The notes under the pieces are model-generated. The model worked only from the letters and a program-made list of their open reading frames with translations. It did not search any database and was not told where the DNA came from. Below are positions 12,405-23,200 of a DNA stretch of 64,000 nt, one piece after another. Source of the DNA: Heteronotia binoei (Eukaryota); NCBI RefSeq assembly GCF_032191835.1, contig NC_083243.1, forward strand, positions 94,674,001-94,738,000, given 5' to 3'. Positions within the stretch are counted from its first letter, which is position 1. Every line of letters begins with the position of its first letter. Both the position numbers and the translations under genes were made by a program.

Positions 12405-13155
12405 AGCAACTTAACATCAAAAAACTAAGATCATGGCATCCAGCCTCCACCCCTTGGCAAATAGAAGGGGAAGACAAGGAAGTAGTGGAATCCAAGATCA
12501 TTGCAGACGGTGACTGCAGCTATGAAATTAAAAGACGTTTGCTCCTTTGGAGGACAGCTATGGCAAACCTAGGCAGTATAATAAAAAGTAGAGACATCAC
12601 CCTGCCAACAAAAGCCCTTATAGTCAAAGCAATGGTCAGGGGTCATTTTGTAGGGAAAAAAGGTGCAGGAGCTCAGTAGCATATCTCATTTGCATATGCC
12701 CTGGGATCCTGTGAGCTTCTGTTGAATTCAAGCCCTGGTGGTGGTATTCCCAGTAGTAAGGTATGGACCATAAGGAAGGCTGAGCGCAGTAGAATAGATG
12801 CTTTCAAGCTGTGGTTCTGGAGAAGACTTGGACTGCAAGAAGATCAAATCAGTCAGTCCTGACAGAAATCAACCCTGACTGTCCCCTGGAAATTCAGATG
12901 TTGAAGCTGAAGCTCAAATACTGCGGCCACCAAATGAGAAGGGAGCACTTACTGGAGAAGACCCTGATGCAGGGAAGGACAGAAGGCAAAAGAAGCAGGG
13001 GATGGCAAAAGATTAGATGGCTGGACAGCATTACTGATGTAACTAACATGAATTTGAGCAGATTTAGGAGGATGGTGGAAGACAGGAGGGCCTGGTGTGA
13101 CTTTGTCCATGGGGTTGCAAAGAGTCGGACTTGACTGTGCAACAGAACAACAACA
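12405..13155 (+). mobile_element. BovB (RTE) LINE 3' fragment
   Basis: SKIIADGDCSYEIKRRLLL...SRDITLPTK; WTARRSNQSVL.EINP..LE..LKLKLKY.GH; HGVAKSRT; (CAA)n tail. Confidence 0.93.
12637..12737. mobile_element. Short hAT MITE nested in BovB
   Basis: caggg...ccctg termini interrupt BovB gcaatggt|attcccagtag; contains ATTTGCAT; related to 52869-53050. Confidence 0.7.
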
Positions 13156-13399
13156 AATAGTATTATCCCTTTTTGCTAGGGAAACCTGCATGTCCTAAGT
13201 GGTATAGAATGGCATAGCCACTACCACTAATTTTGGGTTACCTACCATATTATCAGCCAGTATCTTATTCCCTCACATTCTCTCAGTTTTGCCTGCCCTC
13301 ACAGTGTTTGGGTGTAATATCTTATTCAAATCCCTTGTCCCAGTTTCCATGGTCAAATGAAAAGTAGTTGTGTTAGTTTGTTATAGAAAAATAAAACAA

Positions 13400-13560
13400 A
13401 AGTCCAATGCTTCCTTAAAGACTAACAACATTTATTTCAAAATGATCTTTTGTGAGTCACCACTCACTTCCACAAATATGTGGAGGATAATCAAACCAGG
13501 AATTTTTCTTAAGAGGAAAATGATGGGGGAGCGGTTGAGACCAGTTAGATGTTAATTAAA
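13400..13560 (-). mobile_element. Degraded Penelope-like fragment
   Basis: agtccaatg.tccttaaagactaacaacatttattt...gtgagtcaccactcacttc. Confidence 0.55.
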
Positions 13561-13779
13561 GTGTAAATTATCTGTGTAAATGGCATATCTTCGCTTCCTG
13601 AAGCAGGGGCTGGACAGAAATGCGATTTTTTTAAAAAGCACAAGCTCAACCCTTCTTGCAACATAGCGCTTACATAGTCTTCCTGATCTTTCACCTTCCA
13701 CGTTTCAGCCTAAGCTACATTTACTTTGTCCGACTCCATAGTCGTTGTTCCTCCTTCCCCAGCAGCAGCCACATTTTGG

Positions 13780-14168
13780 ATGGTAGCTGGAAAATCGCTT
13801 CTTCCGTTTAATGGCAGATCGGGGTTCTATGCAGGTTCTGTGACATCTACTGGACCGTGAACTAACCTCAGCTTCAAGATTCATTCACGTACTTGGCTGC
13901 AAGTCTGAGAACACTTTCCTGACAATAAGCCAATTAAATAAAACGGGATTTATTTCCGAGTAGACCTGTTTACAATTGCTCCCTCTATCTGTCATCCTCC
14001 GCACACAAGGTTTAGCCGAATCTCTCAAACGAAGGGCAATATATACAGAAAAAAATCATTCAACTGCTTCACTTGCCGTACTGAGCATGCTCGAGGGACT
14101 GGAGCATGCTCACTATTACCAAGGCACGGATGTGGAATGGGGAACATCGCTATAATTGGAAGAAAGCC
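13780..14168. promoter_or_regulatory. ACP2 promoter/5'UTR region, possibly bidirectional
   Basis: CpG enrichment immediately upstream of the ACP2 ATG; minus-strand donor gag|gttagt at 13865-13866. Confidence 0.55.
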
Positions 14169-14288
14169 ATGGAGGCTAGAAGGAAGCTCCAGAGATGTAC
14201 AGTTGTTCCTTTTCCATTGGTGCTGGGTCTCATAATTGGACTAGCCTCGCCACTCGCCCAGGGTCGGAATCTCCGCTTTGTTACCTTG
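14169..14288 (+). CDS. ACP2: ACP2 exon 1 ([10 protein letters not shown]...[10 protein letters not shown], signal peptide)
   Basis: gccATGG Kozak context, hydrophobic signal, donor ttg|gtgagg. Confidence 0.92.
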
Positions 14289-17200
14289 GTGAGGAGCAAC
14301 AATTGGGAGCAAGATATTTTAAGGGGTGCGGTATAGAGGTGGGCCATGATGGGCTGGAGGGAGGAGGGCTTCGCATGACATTGGCAGCCCAAAAGATCAG
14401 TAAAGAAAAAAAATGCAACCAATCTTGAAATATCATGAGATGAAAAAGAAATAATTTCTGTCTAGGTGGAAAGTAACGTTTCTTTTGCATTTGCCTTGTA
14501 GTGCTTTGTTGTTGTTCAGTTGCACAGTCGAGAACAGTTGACAAAAAGGTTTGGTTGCTTGTTTTCCACAGGTATTAGGAAGCAAGTGCTTTAAAACCAA
14601 CGCTAAGCTCAGCCATAGCTTTTGTGTTAAGAAAATATCAAAAATTATATCTCTTGCTATATATTTTTAAAACAGTTATTATTAATATGACAGGAGCCAG
14701 GAATAACTGCAGAAATAAAAATAATCAAGGTATCTGTTAGCTGCATAATGTTTAAGGTGACTATGTCTTAATTACAGACATCAAGTGTACTTTACTGTGC
14801 ATGACACCTGCTGCCAGATTTTAATAGTGTTCTCTCCTTGCCTTCGGGTTAGCAGAGTAAAGTAAGGCCAGTGATCTCTGGGACAGAGGAGTTCAGAAGC
14901 AGCAGCATGAATGTAGAAAAAGCCATGGAGTCTTTGTGACTTTGCAGTATTTTTCCCCCAGTTATATCGTCATGGTGATCGCTCCCCAGTGAAGGCATAC
15001 CCTCAAGATCCCTACCAGGAAAGTGCTTGGCCACAGGGGTTTGGACAACTTTCTCAGGTGAGTATCTCAGAAACTAATATTCTGTTCCCAAATTGGAAAC
15101 CCCAGGATGCAGGGCAAAATGTATTTGGGTAATACAGCCTCTATTGGGTGTCAGTTTGAAATTTACATGTCCCCTCCCCTGTGCTTTTAAGGTCTTTTTT
15201 GCTGCTGCCTTTCTTTGCTTCCTACTAGCTCAGAAAGAAGTAGACAGTAGGCTGTTTGGGGAGGGCAGCTTCATCTGTTTCAGGAAGGAATTTTATTCAC
15301 ATTTCCTGAATCAACAGTATTCAAGCTGCGACTGTTGGCCTTGCTTTCCACTCTGTTCTGTTTTGGCAAGATTGCAATAGGCTCTGCTTTGTTGTTAATT
15401 TGTTGCTGTTGATGTGCATAGGAAGGGATGCGGCAACACTGGGACCTGGGCCAAGCCCTGCGAAGGCGCTATGATGGATTCCTGAACGCCTCATACAATA
15501 GACAGGAGGTCAGTACATAATCCCTGTTTACTACAATAGACAGGAGGGCAATACACAATCCCTGTTTACTAATTCTATCAGCACAGCTTCCTTCCTCTCT
15601 CCTACTCTGCTGTCAGTGGGTAATTATTAATAAAAGAGATCTGCAAACTGTGATGTTTACCGGATCATGTCATGTTCTCTGCAAAGAGAGAAAACTTGCT
15701 TGGGCTTGTCTCTGTTCTTCTCAAGGTAGAACTATAATTAGAGATACTCAGATGAGTTGTAGTTTTCCACTGCCCCTTTTCTTTGTGAGATGTTGGAAGT
15801 TGCAATCAGTTACCTGAATTCAACAAGATAACAGTAATAGCACCTTGCACTTCTCAGCCGCTTTCACATTTCAGCTATATAACAGAGACTGTGTGGCCTT
15901 GTGATCAAAAACCAGACCAACTGGATTTTTTTTACCCTCAGGATGTTTTCCTGTGGCTTATCAACAAAACAAGTCAGCAGAAAAAATTAAACTTGTCTAC
16001 AGTTTGGTGTAGTGGTTAAGAGTGGCAGACTCTGATCTGGAGAACTGCGTTTGATTCCCCACTCTTCCACATGAAACCAGCTGGGTGATCTTGGGTCAAT
16101 CGCAGTTCTCTCAGAGCTTTCTCAACCCACCTACCTCACAGGGTGTCTATTTGGGGGGAGGAAGGGAATTGTAAGCCGCTCTAAGACTGCTTCGGGTAGT
16201 GAAGAGCAGGGTATAAAACCAACTCCTACTCCTTCTTCTGAAAGAATATGGTGAAAGCAAACAATGGTCCTACCTCTTCCCTCCTTTTAAGGGGGGATGA
16301 CCACTCTCATCAACAGCTTCTTGTGGCTTTTTAAAAAAGGTTCTGCCAACACAGTAGCTTCAGTGGGGGATAAAGCTCTTTAAGAAGTATAATAGCTCTT
16401 GTGTCCAGATTAGATTAACCTGTCAGAGCCCATCCTGCCTTTGTGAGTCCTGCTTTTTAGTTTTCTTTGCCAGTTTCTGAACCAAGGGATGTTTCACATG
16501 ATCTCTCTCGGCTTGACTTCGCGAACAAAGATTTAAGAAGGGTGCAGTAGTCCACGTCTGCTGCAGGCTCGCTGGTGGCTGACAAGACCAATGCGGGACA
16601 GGCAGATCTGGCCACAGTGGCTGCAGGGAAAAGTCTGATCTGGGGTTGGTGCTGTAGCAGTGCGATTCTTCCTCAATCTCTTTTTGTCCTCAAGACCAGC
16701 TATGCGTGCGTTCTCAAAGGAAGAGACAGCCTGGTGGATGGTGTGCCTCCATGCTTGGCGATCTGAGGCTAGGTCAGACCTTGTACCTCTTCTTTGGTGC
16801 CCCTCTATTTCGATGGCCGGTGGAAAGTTCGCCATACAGAGCAATCTTGGGAAGGCGGTGGTTTTCCATCATAGAAATATGCCCTGCCCAGCGCAGCTGC
16901 GTCTTCAACAGCAGTACCTCGATGCTTGTAACCTCCGTCCGCTTGAGGACTTCAGTGTTGGTCACAAAGTCATTCCAGTGGATGTTGAGGATGGTGCGAA
17001 GGCAGCGCTGATGAAAGCGCTCAAGGAGTCGCAGGTGATGACGGTATAAAACCCACGATTCGGAGCCGTAGATGAGGGTTGTCATCACAACCGCTTTGTA
17101 AACATTGATCTTTGTGCCTTTTTTCAGATGCTTGTTGCTCCACACTCTTTTGTGCAGTCGGCCAAATGCACGGTTTGCCTTTGCCAGCCTGTTATCAATC

Positions 17201-20200
17201 TCCTTGTCGATCTTGGCATCTGAGGAGATGATGCACCCCAGGTAGCTGAACTGCTGGACTGTCTTCAGAACTGATTCACCCACAGTGATGCAGGGAGGGT
17301 GATAATCTTCCTGGGGTGCAGGCTGGTGGAGAACTTCTGTCTTCTTCAGACTAACTTCTAGGCCGAGTAGCTTGGCAGCCTCTGCAAAGCAGGATGTCAT
17401 ATGCTGCAGAGCTGATACCGAGTGGGAGACGAGTGCAGCATCATCAGCAAACAGTAGCTCTCGGATAAGTTTTTCCATTGTCTTGGAGTGAGCCTTTAGT
17501 CGCCTCAGGTTGAACAGGCTGCCATCAGTGCGATAGCGGATGTAGACACCATCATCATCATCTAGATCTACTGCAGCTCTTTGAAGCATCATGCTAAAGA
17601 AGATTGTAAAGAGAGTTGGCGCGAGAACGCAGCCTTGCTTTACACCTGTGCCTATTGGGAAGGGCTCCGAGAGGTCGTTGCAGTGTCTGACTTGGCCTCA
17701 CTGTAGCTGGATGATCATGCTGAGGAACCTTGGGGGACATCCTAAACGTTCCAAGATTTGCCACAGGCCTTTCCTGCTAACGGTATCGAAAGCTTTGGTA
17801 AGGTCGACAAAAGTCACATATAGACCCTTGTTCTGTTCCCTGCATTTCTCTTGGAGCTGCCTGAGAACAAATACCGTGTCGGTGGTGCTCCTGTTAGCTC
17901 TGAAGCTGCACTGGCTCTCTGGGAGGAGTTCTTCCGCAATGGTGGGCACCAGTCTGTTCAGGAGTATTCTTGCAAGGATTTTGCCTGCGATGGAGAGCAG
18001 GGTTATCCCCCGGTAGTTGGAGCAGTCTGACTTTTCCCCTTTGTTCTTGTGTAGAGTGATGATGATTGCATCGCGAAAGTCCTGTGGTAATTTGCCTTGT
18101 TCCCAGCAAGTGACAAGTACTTTGTGAAGTGTGCTATGTAGTACTGTGCCCCCATGCTTCCAGATCTCTGGTGGGATTCCATCAACTCCCGCTGCCTTGC
18201 CACTTTTCAGTTGCTTGATGGCTTTAACAGTCTCTTCTAGGGTGGGGATCTCATCCAACTCTGTTTTCACTGGTTGAAGTGGGGTGAGGTGGATTGCTGA
18301 ATCGTGAACTATGCGGTTGGCACTGAAGAGAACCTGAAAATACTCCGACCACCGGTTCAGTATGGATGCCTTGTCTGTGAGGAGCACTTGGCCGTCTGCA
18401 CTACGCAAGGGACTCTGAGCCTGATATGATGGGCCATATACTGCCCTCAGGGCTTCGTAGAACCCTCTTAAATCACCAGTGTCTGCACACAGCTGGGTTC
18501 TCTCTGCAAGCTTGGTCCACCACTCGTTCTGAATGTGTCGAAGCTTGCGCTGGAGGTTGCTATATGCAGCGCGAAAGATTGCTTTTTTCCCGGGACAGGA
18601 GGGCTGAGCAAGATGTGCTTGGTAGGCAGATCTCTTTTTTGCTAGTAATTCTTGGATCTTTTGATTGTTCTCGTCAAACCAGTCCTTGTTCTTCCTTGTG
18701 GAGAACCCGAGGACTTCTTCAGAGATCAACAGGATGGTAGTTTTTAGGTGTTCCCAGAGTGCTTCTGGAGAAGGGTCTGTGGGGCAACTGGGGTCCTCAA
18801 TTCTTGACTGGAGTTTTGCCTGGAAGGCAGCTTTAACTTCGGCTGACTGAAGGCTGCCAACCTGAAGCTTCCTCCGAGGGATACCTCCTCTCCTGGGTGT
18901 GGGTTTAAAGTGAAGACGGAGATTGCAGCGTACAAGACGATGATCCGTATGACATTCCGCATTGGGCATTACTCGGGTGTATAAGACATCTTGAAGGTCT
19001 CTCTGGCGCACCAGAATGTAGTCGATAAGGTGCCAGTGCTTGGACCGTGGGTGCATCCAGGTTGTCTTCAGGCTGTTCTTCTGCTGAAAGATAGTGTTGG
19101 TGATGGTGAGCTGGTGCTCCGTGCAGAATTCTAGCAGGAGGCACCCGTTATCATTGCAGTTGCCAATGCCGTGTTTGCCAAGTACTCCTTTCCAGGCTTC
19201 CGAGTCTTTACCTACTCTGGCATTGAAGTCGCCAAGGATGATCACCTTGTCCTCTGTAGGGGTCTTCCGTACGAGGTTGCGTAGATCAGCATAGAACTTG
19301 TTCTTTTCTGCAGGATCTGCTTGAAGGGTTGGGGCATACACACTGAAGAGTGTTGCATGCTGCTTGTTTTGAAGTGGGAGGCGCATGGACATGATGCAAT
19401 CTGAGTGACCTGTTGGCAGGTTTTCGAGTTTGGAGGCAATGGAGTTCCTGACCATGAAGCCAATGCCAGGAAGGTGGCTCTCAGCCTTTGACTTACCCAA
19501 CCAGTAGAGGGTATAGCCAGCATCGTGTTCTTGAAGACTACCTTCCTCAGGGAAACGGACCTCACTGAGAGCTGCTATGTCAATATTCAACCTGAGAAGT
19601 TTGTGGGCAACTAGAGCAGAGCGTCATTCAGGGTGACCACTGTCTACTGTGTCAAGCATGGTTCTGATGTTCCAACATGCAAGCTTTAGTCTTTGCACAC
19701 TTTGTGATGCAGGTGCATGCCTTTTCTTTGTTGTTATTTTTCGACCGCAAGTAAGGATGCCCGTTGACCGCGGCTAGCCAACTGGGGGGGGGGGGGGACG
19801 AGCTTTGTTTAGGCCACCTTTTCTAGGCCCCTCTCCATGCGGAGCAAGCAGTGCTGTCCCTAGATAAGGCTGCTTGGTCGTTCAGGGTGCTGCCGAAAAA
19901 TGCTTTCGTCTCCGGGTCAGCATCAGGCGACCAATACCCTGAACCGCCTACATGCAGGATCGGGACTGCGGCTTCCAGTGGCATCTTCCACCTGCCGTTT
20001 TGCCCCTTGCTCATCGCTGCAGGACTTGGTGTGTTGTGGGTTGTGGATATGCCCTTCAGGCCTGCACAGAGGAATTTTTAGGTGAAGCACAGTGTGCGCG
20101 GTACTGGCTCCACCCTTTCATCTGCCATGGCCCAGTAAGCCGGGACGCCGGCAGCGAGTCCTCCAGGTGATAGGTGTTACATTAACGAGCTCTATCTGCC

Positions 20201-23200
20201 CAGGTTTGATGTTAGAGTTTTCCTTCTCTTGGCTGGCGAGGTTGGTGAGCCCAGCCTGCCCATCCGGTTATACCGCCAGACATTCGGTCGCACCATGACG
20301 TGGCAAACTCTGTGAGAAACGGGGGGGACCAGCGGGAAGGTGTTGCCACGGATGCAGTAATGTAGGAGAGGCCATTGCAATGACCATCTGCCAGGCATAG
20401 CCAGACAGTGACCACCCAGCGTTCACTACACCAGGAAAGGAGAGGCTATGTATTGCGCATACACTTTCCCTGGGGGGGCAGGATACCCAAGAGGGAGCCC
20501 CCCTCCCCCCCCCCCATGTTTCACATGATACAGCAGCAAAAACCAGCCTTGCATTTTTTAGCCAGGTATCTTTTGTCACAATCAGTGGGAATTTGCATGT
20601 CAGAAGATATAGCTTCAAGAACCAGAGTGGACAGAGGCTGACCCTTTACTGCATGTTTGCAGGCCCTGTAAATGAGCTTCAGGTCTTGTAGGAAACAGAG
20701 TTCAGACAGAGAAACTTTGAAGCAGTTCTTGAAGAAGCATTGAGACAAATTCCTAAATGCTAGAATCAGCATGAAAGCCATCCAAGCTACAGTTCATCCC
20801 TGACACTTTGATGTGTTGGCAAGCACAGACAGAATTCAGACGGGACATGCTGCTTCCTTTCTCTCTATTCATGTCTTCTGGAGTAACACCCTGCCAGCTT
20901 AGATGCTATGTATACTTTTTATATATTGCTAAGAAGAGGGGAAAATTCTTATCTGGCAAATTTGGTCCTCTGCTTTAAAGTTGCTGCCTTAATGGACAAT
21001 AGCCATAACTGTGGAAATGGGTAAGAGAAAGCTTGCAGATGTTTTTTGTTTCTGCCTAGTAATATGTGCTTGTAGTATCAAGAGGAATTTCTTCATAGGC
21101 ATTTGTATTATGGTCTGGACAGGATATGTGTGGTTGTGGAAAGTGAAACACTGGCTCCTAGATAGAAGGGCTAGGCTTTTGGTTCTTCCAAAGCCACTGC
21201 AAGATATCAATCCCTTCCACCTCCTTAATGTAGATTTCACTCTCATCCTCTCTAGATTGCCTTTTGGGGTTAAAGAAAAGATAGCTCTGTGAGCAAGCAC
21301 TAGACATTTCCAATTGCTTCTGGTCCATCTGAAAGCACCCTATGTCCTATCCACTTCACTTCTTCCCATAATTTTGGCTTACCTATCCCAGCCTGCCAGC
21401 AGCCTCTGTCAGTCTTGGGCTCACTGCCTACAACTAATTTCTTATCTGCAGATGTCCTAGTGTGCCTTCTTTTAAAAAAGGGAATTGAAAAGCTAGTGTG
21501 CTGGGAGTAGGCAGTGCTCCAAATTAATTGAAATAAGTTGAGAGAGCAACACTGTTTGCACAATAAAGATTAACATTCTCAAATTCTCCTTCTTTCATAA
21601 ATTCCAAACACTGACTTAAGGCTTAAGACGCTCTGGTTAGAATTCAAGCTGTTTATTTGCATTTTTTAAAATTGAAGATATAGGAAGTTGCTTTCTTCAT
21701 TTTTCTAAACAATTTTGATGTTACTTGCCAGTTTGGTGTAGTGGTTAAGAGCAGCACACTCTAATCTGAAAAACAGGGTTTGATTCCCCACTCATCCACA
21801 TGCAGCCAGCTGGGTGACCTTGGGTTAGTCACAGTTCTCTCAGAGCTCTCTCAGCCCTACCTACCTCACAGGCAGTGTTCCCTCTAAGCTGAGTTAGTGT
21901 GAGCTAGCTCACAATTTTTAGCCTCTAGCTCACACATTTTTGTCTCAGCTCAGGAAAAATGTCCCTAGAGCAAACTAAGTTATGCAGTAGCTCACAACTT
22001 TAATGCCAGTAGCTCACAAAGTAGAATTTTTGCTCACAAGACTCTACAGCTTAGACGGAACATTGCTCACAGGGTGTCTCTCGTGGGGAAAGGAAGGGAA
22101 GCAGATTGTAAGCCACTCCGAATGAAGGGCGGGGTATAAATCCAACTCTCCTCCTCCTTTCTGGCAGTAGGGACATATAAGAAATCTCATTGTGAAACCT
22201 GGTGCTTAATAGCATAGAACTTACTGAAGGGTTCAGATTCATCAATTAGCACATCACATCTCCACAATTCATGTATGCAGGGTACTTCGAGTCCATATGA
22301 GTGGCAGATCACTGTGAGATCAGTATGAACTACTTGGACTGCACACCTGGCTTCCTGTAATGAATCTGAGGTGTCTTTGTGGAAAGCATAATTTCATTTT
22401 CCTGAAATACTTTGTGTTTTCCTGGCTTGTTGCGTTAAAACTCACTCCAAGACTGTAAATATAGCTATTGTTTGCCTGTTCTCTTGAAGAGAGTGACATT
22501 TGTTATAACTAGTTTGTAAAACTAGTTTGTCCTAGTTTGATGTAGCTACAGTGCCATAATTTTGGCTTACCTAACAACATGTGTATCTCTCTATTTTATT
22601 TACTGCCCCAGTGTTAAAGTTCCCTTCTCAATCCCCATCTCTTTCTGTAGCAGTCTGGAACAACTGTCTGTAGTGATACAACCCCAAACTATACTTTGCT
22701 CCAACTTTAATTCATTCAGTTTATTGTGAGTTGATCTGTCATTCATCATGTTTTGTTCAGAGTACCTGTCAGCCCATTCAGAAAGGCATTTCTTTTTAAA
22801 AAGAATCTTTATCAGTATGGAAACAGCACAAAGTATGGAGACAGCACAACTATATGTGCACCAAGGTCGCAAAATACAGCTTGAAGACTGGTAAGCGATG
22901 TTGTAAGAATGAGGAAACAATATATGGCTGTAATTTTGAAATTCCCAAGAACCGCATTCTTCAACTTGTCATTGTTTTCCATAAAGTCAAGAAAAGGAAA
23001 CCATCTATGACTACTAGTGACTCTAATGAAATGTGCACTCTGTGTTTGATTCTACACTCGGCAGATCTTCATCCGCAGCACAGACTTTGATCGGACCCTG
23101 ATGAGTGCTGAGGCCAATCTGGCAGGACTGTATCCCCCAGAAGGGCAACAGGTGTTCAATCCCAATGTTTCTTGGCAGCCCATCCCTGTCCATACAGTAC

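Noticed and set aside
13880-13895. CLEAR/TFEB element in the ACP2 promoter
   Set aside because: Only a partial TCACGTA; no GTCACGTGAC consensus found
20400-20515. HDV-like ribozyme at the RTE 5' end (known in some RTEs)
   Set aside because: G/C-rich pairings exist, but I could not fit the P1-P2-P3-L3-P4 order by hand; needs an RNAMotif/Infernal search
16575-20641. Numerous plus-strand and short minus-strand ORFs over the RTE, and similar ones over L2/CR1 copies
   Set aside because: Antisense or alternative-frame shadows of LINE ORFs
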